Below, piece by piece: positions 41,601 to 54,700 of a stretch of 64,000 bases of DNA; the stretch's first letter is position 1, and each line of letters opens with the position of its first letter. The notes under the pieces were generated by a model. That model did no database searches, was not told the origin of the DNA, and worked only from the letters and a program-made list of their open reading frames with translations. A program made the position numbers and the translations under genes. The stretch covers positions 194,308,001-194,372,000 of the forward strand of contig NC_042998.1 in NCBI RefSeq assembly GCF_006345805.1, given 5' to 3'. Origin of the DNA: Octopus sinensis. Lineage: Eukaryota.

Positions 41601-42738
41601 CATTAGAATTTTCAATATCACCATCACTGCTATCATCACATTCATCAGAATTAGGAGCATCAGCAACAGAATTGTCACCAGCATCATGCTGCTCCTTCAT
41701 CATCATTAGAATCATCCTTAACATCATCATTACCTTCATCACAGAATTGGTAATATCATCATAGAGTTTTTTACATCAGTTTCGCCATTAATGGAAGTTT
41801 TGCAGCCGAGATCGTTGCCAGAGCAGCTAACTGGCTTCCGTGCCAGTGGAACATAAAAAGCACCATTCGAGCGTGATCCTTACCTGCGTCGCCTTACTAG
41901 CACTTGAAAAAAAATCATTCGAGCGAGGTCGTTGCCAGTGCTGCTGGACTGGCTCCTGTGCAGGTGGCACATAAAAAGCACCATTTGAGCGCGGCCATTG
42001 CCAGTACTGCCTGACTGGCCCTCGTGCCGGTGGCACATAAAAGCACCCACTACACTCTTGGAGTGGTTGGCGTTAGGAAGGGCATCCAGCTGTAGAAACT
42101 CTGCCAGATCAGATTGGAATCTGGTGCAGCCATCTGATTCACCAGACCTCAGTGAAATCGTCCAACCCATGCTAGCATGGAAAGCAGACGTTAAACAATG
42201 ATGATGATGATGTAATGGAAGTTAAATTTGGTTATTTCTACATAATTTGTCTTTACAGTTAGATGCCATTCCTATTGTTAACCACTTTAATCCTTTAGTT
42301 AGAGTAATTTATATTTACAAATGTCAGTAAGTATGGAAACATCCTTTGAATTTGATGATTGAATGGGAATCAGATCCCTCTTTTTATCATCATCTAATGT
42401 TTGTCAATCTATTTCTCTATTTCAGTATGACCACTGTCCAGTGTGCTGCTCAAGTTCTAAGATCTATGTTGTCCACTAAAGCAGGGAGACAATTTAAGCG
42501 TAATAACCTACAATATGTCCCTTTCTTTTTCAAGAGCTTTTACCCTTTCTTAAAGGTGAACTATGCTTTGGATTCATTTATACCACTTTTCTGACAATAA
42601 CATCCTATTAATTTTCTTCCAGGCCTTCATTTAATTTTAATTAAGTCTGATTACAAACCCGGTGATGATCGTGATATATGTAATTATTTAACATCCCAGT
42701 ACATTCTGTAAAGAAAAGGAAAGAAGAGAGAGAGAGAG

Positions 42739-42783
<45 letters not shown>

Positions 42784-45700
42784 TGAGAGTGAGTGAGAGA
42801 ACTCAGAACTGAAAATTATTAGTTTTATTTCCTGTGGATAATATTTGTTTTCCAGAGTAAAGGTCAAGTTACAACCAAGGACCCTAGCAAGAGCATCAAC
42901 ATTGACAATGAAGAGCTTTGGAACCCTAGTCATAGCAACCATAGTGACTGGATCATAAACCTCACTTGTTCTTTGATCCAGAGTGATGCTGTGGAAGATG
43001 AAATGCTACAAGTTCTAGGCCCTATCTGTCAGGTTAAGGTAGGTCAGCCCACAACCGGCTTTAATTGAAATTCTATTTTCTCTATTCATTTTTCTCAAAA
43101 CAAGTGTTGCGATAAACACATCATGCCCATCACCTTCCCTCTTGTTGGGAGAAGGAGTTTATGCCTTCCATGCCACCCACTTTAACACCACTTCCTTTGC
43201 TGCAAATATTCAGTCCAGATTTCCCAGTAGAGGATAATACAGTCTCTTGATTTGCTGTTTCTCACCTTCCTCAACAAGTTATCATAGGGCATTGGTGGAA
43301 AAGGTTCCCTATAATGGTTTGCCAACAGATAGTATAGGAGCCTAAATCTGCCCTATCAACTGTTGACTGAATTAGCTTTTTTGTTTCCCTGAATTAAATA
43401 AAACAAGCTCCAGTAATATATTGTGATTCAATGAAAATGTACCAACTTCCCTGTAGTGGTTGATCTGACCAAGTTCATCATTAGAGCTGTAAATTGTTGT
43501 TGAATCTTGGGTCAGCTCTTTATAATCTTAGGTGTTCCAGCTGTGACCATCAGAAACTTTTTATTGTCTTATGAATCTAACTTTAAAACAATCGAGTGTA
43601 ATTACTAAATACTTTACAGCACTTAGTTTCATCCATCAGCATTATGAATTCACCTCAAGCATGAGGTTAATCATCATCATCATCATCATCGTTTAACGTC
43701 CGTTTTCCATGCTAGCATGGGTTGGACAGTTCGACTGGGGTCTGGGAAGCCAGGAAGCTGTACCAGGCTCCAGTCTGATCTGGCAGTGTTTCTACAGCTG
43801 GATGCCCTTCCTAATGCCAACCACTCCATGAATGTAGTGGGTGCTTTTTATGTGCCACTAGCACAGGTGCCAGGGGAGGCTGGCAACGGCCACGATCGGT
43901 TGGTGCTTTTTACATGCCACCGGCACGGAAGCCAGTCAAGTTGGCGCTGGCATCGACCACATAGAGATGGTGCTTTTTACGTGCCACCGGCACAGGTGCC
44001 AGAGGAGGCTGGCAATGGCCACGATCGGTTGGTGGTTTTTATGTGCCACTGACACGGAAGCCAGTCAAGGCGGCGCTGGCTTCAGGGTCAATAAGCTACT
44101 TACCAGCCTGATACTGGTGTATATATGATCTACTATCATCATCGTCGTTTAACGTCCGTTCTCCATGCTAGCATGGGTTGGACGGTTCGACCGGGGTTCT
44201 GGGAAGCCAGAAGGCTGCACCAGGCTCCAGTCTAATTTGGCAATGTTTCTACAGCTGGATGCCCTTCCTAACGCCAACCACTCCGTGAGTGTAGTGGGTG
44301 CTTTTTACGTGCCACCTGCACAGGTGCCAGGCGGGGCTGGCAACGGCCACGGTCAGATTGGTGTATTTTATGTGCCACCGGCACGGAAGCCAGACGGGCG
44401 GTGCTGGCATCGGCCACGAGTTGGATAGTGCTTTTTACGTACCACCAGACCAGGGATCCTGGCTGGTTCAATTCGATTTCGATTTCGCTTGCCCCAACAT
44501 GTCTTCACAAGCAAAGGGGGTTGGCAAGGGTGCCTGTCGTACGGTCGCATTGGAGTATTTTACGTGCCACGGCCACGAGTCGGATAGTGCTTTTTACGTA
44601 CCACCAGACCAGGGATCCTGGCTGGTTCAATTCGATTTCGATTTCGCTTGCCCCAACATGTCTTCACAAGCAAAGGAGGTTGGCATGGGTGCCTGTCGTA
44701 CGTCGCATTGGAGTATTTTACGTGCCACGGCCATGAGTCGGATAGTGCTTTTTACGTACCACCAGGCCAGGGATCCTGGCTGGTTCAATTCGGTTTCGAT
44801 TTCGATTTCGCTTGCCCCAACATGTCTTCGCAAGCATGGGGGGTTGGCATGGGTGTCTGTCGTCGGATGAGGTTCTATATCGACTTCGCTTGCCTCAACC
44901 GGTCTTTGTGTCCAAGGGAGGAAAGGCATTCATAAGTGGGCTGGGCTCACTTGTCCTGCCTGGTCTTCTCACGTACAGAATATTTCCAAAGGTCTCGGTC
45001 TCTGGTCATTTCCTCAGTGAGGCCTAAAGTTCGAAGGTCGTGCTTCACCACTTCGTCCCAGGTTTTCCTGGGTCTACCTCTCCCACGGGTTCCCTCAACT
45101 GCTAGGGATTGGCACTTTCTCACACACCTATCTTCATCCATTCTCACCACATGACCATACCAGCGCAATCGTCTCTCTTGCACACCACAACTGATGCTTC
45201 TTAGGTACAACATTTCTCTCAAGGTGCTAACGCTCTGTCGAGTATGTACACTGACATTACACATCCATCGGAGCATACTGGCTTCATTCCTCACGAGCTT
45301 ACGCATGTCCTCAGCAGTCACGGCCCATGTTTCGCTGCCATGTAGCATGGCTGTTCGTACACACGCATCATACAGTCTGCCTTTTACTCTGAGCGAGAGG
45401 CCTTTAGTCACCAGCAGGGGTAAGAGCTCCCTAAACTTTGCCCAGGCTATTCTTATTCTAGCAGTTACACTTTCAGCGCACCCACCCCCACTACTGACTT
45501 GGTCACCTAGATAACGGAAGCTATCAACTACTTCTAGTTTTTCCCCCTGGAAAGTGACGGAAGTTGTTTTCTGCAGATTTTCGGAGGTTAATGCTCCCGA
45601 GCATCTGCCACATACAAAAACTATCTTCCCAGTTAGCCTACCTTTGACATTGCTGCACCTCTTATGTGTCCATAGCTTACACTGGGTACATCTTATAGAG

Positions 45701-48700
45701 TTTCTACCTACACCTTTTCTACAGATCGAGCAGGGCCATCTTCCTGAAGATATTTGTGGATTGTCTACCTTTCTACTTATTAGTACTTTGGTTTTAGCTA
45801 GGTTGACTCTAAGGCCCCTTGATTCTAAACCCTCCTTCCACACCTGGAACTTCTCCTCCAGTTCTGATAGTGACTCAGCAATAAGAGCAAGGTCGTCAGC
45901 GTAGAGGAGCTCCCAGGGACAGCCTGTCTTGAATTCCTCCGTAATTGCCTGGAGTACTATGATAAATAGGAGGGGGCTGAGTACTGAACCCTGGTGGACC
46001 CCAACCTCTACTTTGAATTCTTCTGTGTACATGTTGCCAACCCTAACCTTACTTACGGCATCTCTGTACATGGCTTGCACAGTCCTCACCAGCCATTCAT
46101 CTATCCCTAGTTTCCTCATTGACCACCAGATAAGGGATCGGGGGACCCTATCAAAAGCTTTCTCCATGTCAACGAAAGCCAGGTACAGGGGCTTATCTTT
46201 GGCTAGGTATTTCTCCTGCAGCTGCCTTACCAGGAATATAGCATCAGTGGTACTTTTCCCTGGCACGAACCCAAACTGCATCTCATCTAAACTAACTCTC
46301 TCTCTAATTAGTTGGGCTATGACCCTCTCCGTAACCTTCATTACTTGATCCAACAGCTTGATACCTCTGTAATTATTTGTATCTAGGGCATCACCTTTAC
46401 CTTTGTAGCAGTTGACTAGTATGCTGCTGCACCAGTCATTGGGTATGACTCCTTCGTGTATCACCTGGTTGACTATACGGGTGACTAGGTTATAGCCGAC
46501 ACTGCCAGATATTTTGAGCATCTCTGCAGTAATTCCTGATGGGCCTGGGGCTTTCCCTGTCTTCATGCTTCTAATTGCCTTAGCTACCACGGAACTATCA
46601 ACTCGGATAGCTGGTCCCTCTGTAGGGTCAACATTCGGCAGACTCTCTTTATCCCATTCATTTTCCTCATTCAGTAACCTTTCATAGTGGCGTCTCCAAG
46701 CTTCTCTCTTTGCATCCTCATTTAGCGCAAGTGAACCATCCTCCATGCGAACACATTTCTCTCCTACCACATCACGATTCTCTCTCACACACTGTCTTGC
46801 AACACGAAATACCTCAAGTCTTTCATCCTCACGGCGCAGGACATTGGCAAATTTTCTCTTATCTGCTTCCCCTCTGGCTAGATAGACCTGTCTCCTAGCT
46901 TCCCTTCTGGCAGTCTGATACCCTTCCCTGCTACCACCGTTCTTCCAGGCCTTCCAAGCCTGTTTCTTTTGTCTAATAGCCCTGTCAACATATTGTTCCA
47001 CCACCACGTTATTTTGGTCTTAAGGGGACTTTGCACCAGCCACAGATCTGGTCAGCGGCTTTCAGCAGGTTGTCCCTCAGAAACGTCCAGTTGTCTTCTA
47101 CCCCATGTGTAGCTATACCCCCCTCTATTTCGTCAAAGGCTTCAAGTAACATGTCTCTAAATCTCTGTCCATTCGCAGGGTCTTTAAGCTTCCAGACCCT
47201 TCTTCTCCATGTTGGTCGTCTTCTAGTTGCCCTCTTAGTCCTGATCCTAAAGTCACTAACTACCAGTCTATGTTGTGGGGTGCATTCTTCGCCTGGGAAG
47301 GTTTTGGCATTTTTAAGCAGCCATCTTTCCCTTTTTCTGGCAAGGATGTAGTCGATTTGGCTAGTATGCCGGCCCGATCGGTAGGTGACCAGGTGGCTTG
47401 TTGGTTTCCTGAAGTTAGTGTTGCAGACCATAAGACTATTCGCATCGCAGAACTCCAGCAGCCTGGTTCCCTCCTCGTTGCGGGAACCATAACCATAACT
47501 ACTATGTCCTTCCTAATACTAAAATCAACCTTGTGTTTGTGACCAAATAATCAATGTTATATAAATTGTTGTTGAATTTCAGACTGAGTTCTGTGAATTG
47601 GTTTTGCCGTATTTAGTCCATGACATCTGCTTGAATCAAGAAGGTGACATAGAAGCTGTTCTCACTCAACACATCAATAATTTCTTTGTCCAGCATTCAT
47701 CCATCTCAAACTCACCCAATGTAGATGTGACTTCAAAATCAACAGGTCTGTGGCATTGCTAATATCTATCACTCCAACACAAGGTCTAATTGATATGTTT
47801 GTTTGTTTGTTCGTGTGTGTGTGTTAGTGTGTCTGCGTGCGTGTGCATGCATACGTGCATACATGCGCGTGTGCGCATCTGTAAGAGAAAGAATATAAAA
47901 CTATGTATCAGAGGTGGGTATTTATGTAAGCATATAATTATGTAAGAAATAGCCTCTGTATGGAAGAGAATGACTCTGTGTGTGTGTGCGCATGTGTGTG
48001 TGTGTGTATGAGAGAGAGAGAGAGTAAACAAAAGAAAGAAACCATGAGAGTATGAGTGTGTTCAACATAAGTCATCTTATATTTATTTGAATGTGCTTTT
48101 ATAGGTTGGACAGAATCACAACAGCATATTTTAAACAAAGTGACATTGAATGCCATCTCTCCCCTTTTGTCCTCTCTCTCTCTCTCTGCAGGTAATACCA
48201 TCAAAATATGCATGAATAAGCAGTCTGTACAGAAGATGCTGAACGTTGTACAGTACCTTCGGCAGCAACCTAGAACAACTCACACAGCAAAAAAATCTTC
48301 CAAGAGGCTAGTATTTCACCTTTGTTTCTTACTTACACTAAGTAGCTCCTTTGTGAATCATGAAGTAGGCACAAGCCTCTAACATGTTTTCTTAGACCAA
48401 TAATGAACACATTTTTCCATTGGCAGCTGACTAATCAAAGATCTAGCTTGATGGTCTCCTGCCAGTTTGTCTTTGGCTTTCATTCCATAACTGATATCTT
48501 GTGTAGAATCTGGTTGGTGAGGCATGGTGGTGGCGGCAGCTGCAGCCGTGGTTTTGATGGATTAGACCACTCAGCGAGTTTGTAGTTATCTACAGATCAT
48601 AGATGTTACTGAAAGTTAGTCTAGGTTAAAAGTCACTCTGGTTCATTTGTTCATGTCAAACCATCCAACCCATACCAGCATGGAAAAAAGGATGTTATGT

Positions 48701-51700
48701 GATGATGTTGATGATGATAAGTACTACTTGCACCATTCTTTTCCTTGTGAATCTTTCACCTGTGACACCAGGGATTTTACTTATGTATATAGGTCACAGC
48801 AACATGAAAGACTACTTTTCTACTTTGCCCTTGAATATACTTGTCTATGCCAAATCATTATGAACTTTCACCTTCCAGAGCTTACTTGGTTTCCGACTAT
48901 ATTTTATATTTTATTTCTCTTCAATATTTTATATAAATATGTTATAAATTAATTCGATACCTTGAGACTGCCTGTTCATACTTTGTTCTGTAACATATAT
49001 ATCATATTTGATGGCCTATAAGACGCACGAGTGCATAGGACACACCCTAGCCTAGGCTATATGTTTGTAGAATATAAGGCGGCGAGCTGGCAGAAACGTT
49101 AACACACTGGGCGAAATGCTTAGCGGTATTTCGTCTGCCATTACGTTCTGAGTTCAAATTCCGCCAAGGTCAACTTTGCCTTTCAGCCTTTCGGGGTCGA
49201 TAAATAAAGTACCAGTTACGCACTGGGGTCGATGTAATTGACTTAATTCGTTTGTCTGTCCTTGTTTGTCCCCTCTATGTTTAGCCCCTTCTGGGCAATA
49301 AAGAAATATATATTTTTGTAAAATAAATTACCACTAAAATAATGTTTTAATTCTTCCACTTACCTGTATAACTTTATGTTATTACCGGTAATTATAAGCA
49401 ATTTATTTGCATCCACATTCAATATAAACATACCGTAGGTGATTGTTCACCAATTGATGGCAGCATACGTTTTGTAAATATACATACCATTTTGAGTGAG
49501 TTTTGAGCCCTACATTGAATGCATTGGACACTGGGGTATTTTTTAGCCACTTCTGGATAAAAAAGGTGCATCTTGTAGGCCATCGAATACAGTGTATATA
49601 TATATATATGTGTGGTGTGTTTGTGTGTGTGTCTGTGTAATAGTGACAAGCAGTAATAATACCAAGGTAATTTTTATCTCCAACTTAATGTCGAAGTTGT
49701 GTTAAAACACAAAATACTGTGTTATTTATCTTGAGAGGATTTCTCATAAGGGCTCATGGTGCATAAAAGCACTTGTAATTATGTCACCTGGTATGGCTGC
49801 CAGATCACATGAGTTCATCCTGCTATGGGCTCCTCAGTGGCAGGCGTCCAGCAGCAACTGAATCTTCCATCAGTGATATATAGAATCTCAGTGTCTATTC
49901 TCCCAAGGTAAACAACGCAGTAGTCTGTGTTCTAACATAACCTCCCCATTAAGTTGGTGATCAAGATATGTATACATACACACACACACGCACACACGTG
50001 TGTGTGTGTGTGTATATATATATATCATCATCATCATCATCATCATCGTTTAACGTCCGCTTTCCATGCTAGCATGTGTTGGACGAATGACTGAGGGCTG
50101 GCGAACCAGATGGCTGCACCAGGCTCCAATCTTGATCTGGCACAGGTGCCAGTAAGGCGATGCTGGTAACGATCACGCTCGAATGGTGTCTTTTACATGA
50201 TATATATTTACACATATACACCAGTTCTGACCCTATGTATGTGTGTCTGTGTACATGCATCTAGCATCTGTATATGAAGGCACATGGCCTAGTAGTTAAA
50301 GTGTCAGGTTCACAATCATTAGGTCATGGGTTCAATTTCTAAACTCTTAATATATTTATAAATATTTTTATTTCTTAGTGTTGTTTTTTCCTGTCTACAG
50401 GAGTGAGAATTGTCCACAGACAAGTTGGCAGAACAACTTCTGGTTAGACCTTGATTACAGCCACATTGCAAAAGCTGCCAACTTCTGCTCTGCACATTTC
50501 ACAGCCATCTTGTATTCTGAAATCTGGTGGTATGCTCAAATGTAAGTAATATACGCCTTTTTCTTCAACTCTCTCTCTCCCTCCCTCCCTCCCTCCCTCT
50601 CTCTCTCCCTCCCTCACCCTCTCCCTCCCTCACCCTCTCTCTTTCTTTCTCTCCTCCCCCTCTCTCTTTTTTTCTAGAAAAAATAGATGGAGATGTACTT
50701 TTCTCTGTATCACTTTTAATCAGAAGAGGAAAAGCAGTATTCCTGAGCCTTTTTCACCTCCTTCAAGACCAATGGTGGAAGGGGTGGAAGAAGCCGCAGC
50801 TGATGCAATATCCTCAGACCAGAACCCTGTTCCAAATATTTATGATACAGAGGGCTCAGCTGAACTCATGATGACCAGAGAACAAAAATATTAATAATGA
50901 TTTCTCACATTTGTACAAAATCAGAAATGTTATTGAGTTGGGATCTGTGAATAGAGCTGTCTCAGTAAGGGAGTGGTATTTATTGGAATGATGCAGGAAG
51001 AACGGAAGGCATAGTCAACTCAAGCAGAATTTGGGCTTAGAATGTATTGAATCAAAACTAAGTACTGTAAAAGTTTAGTTTGGTATTCTGTTAGTTTTGC
51101 TAATCATTGTCCTCCTCCTCATCATCATCGTTTAACGTCTGCTTTCCATGCTAGCATGGGTTGGATGATTTTGACTGGGGGCTGGCGAACCAGATGGCTG
51201 CACCAGGCTTCAATCTTGATCTGGCAGAGTTTCTACAGCTGGATGTCCTTCCTGACGCCAACCACTCCGAGAGTGTAGTGGGTGCTTTTCACATGCCACC
51301 AGCACAGGGGCCAGTCAGGCGGTACTGGCAATGACTGCTTGAATCTTTTAACACATGCCACCAACACAGGTAAGGCGACATTGGTAACGATCACGTTCGA
51401 ATGACACCATTCGAACGTATCCTAGAAAAAAGATATAATTTCTAACACAAGCACAAAACCTTAAATTTAAAGGATGGTGTCAATCAATTGTATTCACTCC
51501 AGTATTTGAATGTATTTCTGTGAGTGACCCTGAAAGAATGAAAGACAAAGTTGTCTTTGGCAGTATTTGAACTTTAAATGTAAAAGGTTGCAACTAAATA
51601 CTCCAAGAAATTTTGTCTTAAGTTCTAATGATTTTACTTAATCTACTGCCTTTGAAATTATAATAATTATGTATTTATTTCTAAAATAAACACTATGTTT

Positions 51701-54700
51701 AATTTGAGAGAAGCAAAAATAAATGATATGTACAAGGACAATACACTGCCTTAAGCAGGATTTGAACTTGTAACTTATATCATTTATCTTGTAGCATTGC
51801 AGGTTTACTTACTGTGGCCATGTGATCAGCTAGCAGGTACATGGAAGAACTTGGATTTTGTTGTAGAATAAGGTTTCTTGAAGTAAACATCAGACAATTA
51901 TGGCTATACTTGGATATGATAGACTAAATGACATAAAAGTTAACATTGCACAAATCATTTAATATATATCCCATGCTAGCATGAGTTAGATGGTTTGACA
52001 AGAACCAGCAAGCCAGACTCCTGCATTAGGTTTCATTGTCTGACAAAATTTCAATCACTAGATACCCTCCTTAATGCCAACCACTTTACAGAGTGCACTG
52101 GGTTCCAATACTAGTGAAGTCACCAAGTAACTTACATGATAAGACCTCTTGGCACAATATCAAATTTTAATAAATGTGACTGGCTAAACACACAACAATC
52201 ATGTTCAAGGAATATCCCAAAATTTGAGACCTGTTGAGAATTTTAAAGATCTGACTAAGAATTTAAATACCAATTCTTTTATGAAGCTCAGAGTTTTATA
52301 GAGTTAGTGTTCAATTCTGATTTCTTTCACATTATGTAATTAACTTAAAATTTTCCATAACTAGATTACCTCTCTGTTACTAAGTAGCTTTCTTTTAAAA
52401 TAATAATAATGAAATTATTGTATACAGTACTCAGGTGCACCACAACTTGTCAAAAGTGCGTATAAAGCATATGCAGTAATGTAGAAATGCCTGGAAAGCA
52501 AACAGTGTATGAGTCAGATACATGCTTGTGTGTGTATGGAGGGGAGAAAATCAGGTGTAGTGTTGGCGAATCTCAGGAAGCATGGAAGTTTTGAAGGATG
52601 CAGTGCTCCGACAACTAACAATTGATGCCGGCAGTTTGTTCCATGCTTCTGCAACTCTTAGTGTGAAAAAATGTTTCCGAAAGTCATGGGAGCTGTGCTG
52701 TTTTCTGACTTTGTAAACATGTCCAGGAGTGTTAGATGGGTGGAGTTTGAAAAGGTGCTCAGAGTTATTGTTTATTTTATTTTAATCCCTGCCTTTTATT
52801 CACAGCAGTTTGGAAAATGGATATGGTGCAGAATTAAGTACTCGGAAATATTAACTTAATATCTTAAAGAATACCTGGAATAATTTGTTTCTTTCAGGGA
52901 AAGTCAGGAGGAAAAAAGTTCAGCTGAAGAAACAAACGGAAGATTCCAAGATAGTTTGGCCATGTTTGCCTCACTAACTGACAATCATGTTAAAGTACAA
53001 GGTACATTGCTGAAGGCTTATCGAGAAATTGGGGACCCAGATGGACCCTATGGTTGTGGGGCTGGAACCCTTTCAGATCCTACTTCAAGGTAAACAGATT
53101 CATACAAGAAAATTTTATTCATTTATATGTCTTAGAACTTTCATACAAGAGAGAGCAGTTTATACTTGCAGAAACTACATGCTCCTTGTATGTAGAAGGA
53201 GTCCAAGATCAAGAATTGCTTTAAATTCGTAATTATTTTCTGATTCAGAGTTTTTTTTATTGTTTAGAAATATAGTCAGGAATGTGTGAAATGATATTAT
53301 TCTCCTTCATCATCATCATCATCATCGTTTAACGTCCGCTTTCCATGCTAGAATGGGTTGGACGAACGACTGAGGGCTGGCAAACCAGATGGCTGCACTC
53401 GGCTTCAATCTTGATCTGGCAGAGTTTCTACAGCTGGATGCCCTTCCTAACGCCAACAACTCCGAGAGTGTAGTGGATGCTTTTACGTGCCACCAGCACG
53501 GGGCCAGTCAGGTGGTACTGGCAATGACCTCGCTCGAATCTTTTACACATGCCACCAGCACAGGTGCCAGTAAGGCGATGCTGGTAACAATCACACTCGA
53601 ATGGTGTCTTTTACATGCCACCAACACGGAGGCCAGATAGCCGCTCTGGCGACGATCACACTCAAATGGTGCGCTTAATACCCTACTAGCACAGGGCTCG
53701 ACACAAATAGACTGAAATCCGTGCTTCACTGAGAAGGTCTAGTAATGCAAAAATATATCTTCCTTACTTGCTGAAATGATTACAATAACATTAGTCATAG
53801 AGCTAATGTCATTAATTATTTCTAATTAAGTTTTTAATGTTCATTACATTAATTATGTTAATTCTGACTTAATTGTTGGTTTTTGTGAAAATGACATTTC
53901 TAAAAAAATAAACCACAGTAGTTTATTTTATTCGCACATTGTGTCTGTCTGTCCAGTCAACATCAATACACTGTATATATCATGACAGCATACACATACT
54001 ACACAATTTATATTCATAAGATCTACACACTGTGTCTATTTAGTCAACAACTACAACCGTACACTGTTTATTCAGTCATAATCTACATAAATTGTTGTCT
54101 TTTTAGCAGTATCACTCGGGTTTGTTTCGACCCTTTAGAATTGGAATTTTTGAAAAGTAAAAATTTTGCATTATGTAGCTTGTTATTCTCTTTAAGTGAA
54201 CATTTTTCTGGTTAAAATACACCGAAAAATGGTGACACAGCAGTCAAAACATCGTAAAAAATTGGGATTTTCATAGAAAAAAAGCACCTTTTTGATGTAA
54301 ATAATTTTTGGTCTTAACATGGTCCAATTTGAATTTTATCTTCTATGGAATGAAGAGCAAGCCTTCTTCTATCATACTCTCAATTTTGGTCAACTTGCAC
54401 TGCAGGGTCTCGAAGGAGATAGTGTTAGTTGAAGGCTACCAAACCTGCCACACACACAGACAACTTCAACTTTATATATATACTAGCAGCATAGCCCGGG
54501 TATGTAAGAGCCCCTAGTAGGCAACGACTAATCCCAATCTAGTCCTTTCCCTCTTGGGAACGAAGGCTCATGTGCAGGTTGCAATATCTTCTCTTCACTC
54601 GAATACTTCTGTGTATACGATGTTCCTAGCTGTCCCTTTGGGCGATAAAAAGGTCGAGTTGTGTCCCCTAGACAGAAAATGTGTTGCATATAAAAAGCTT

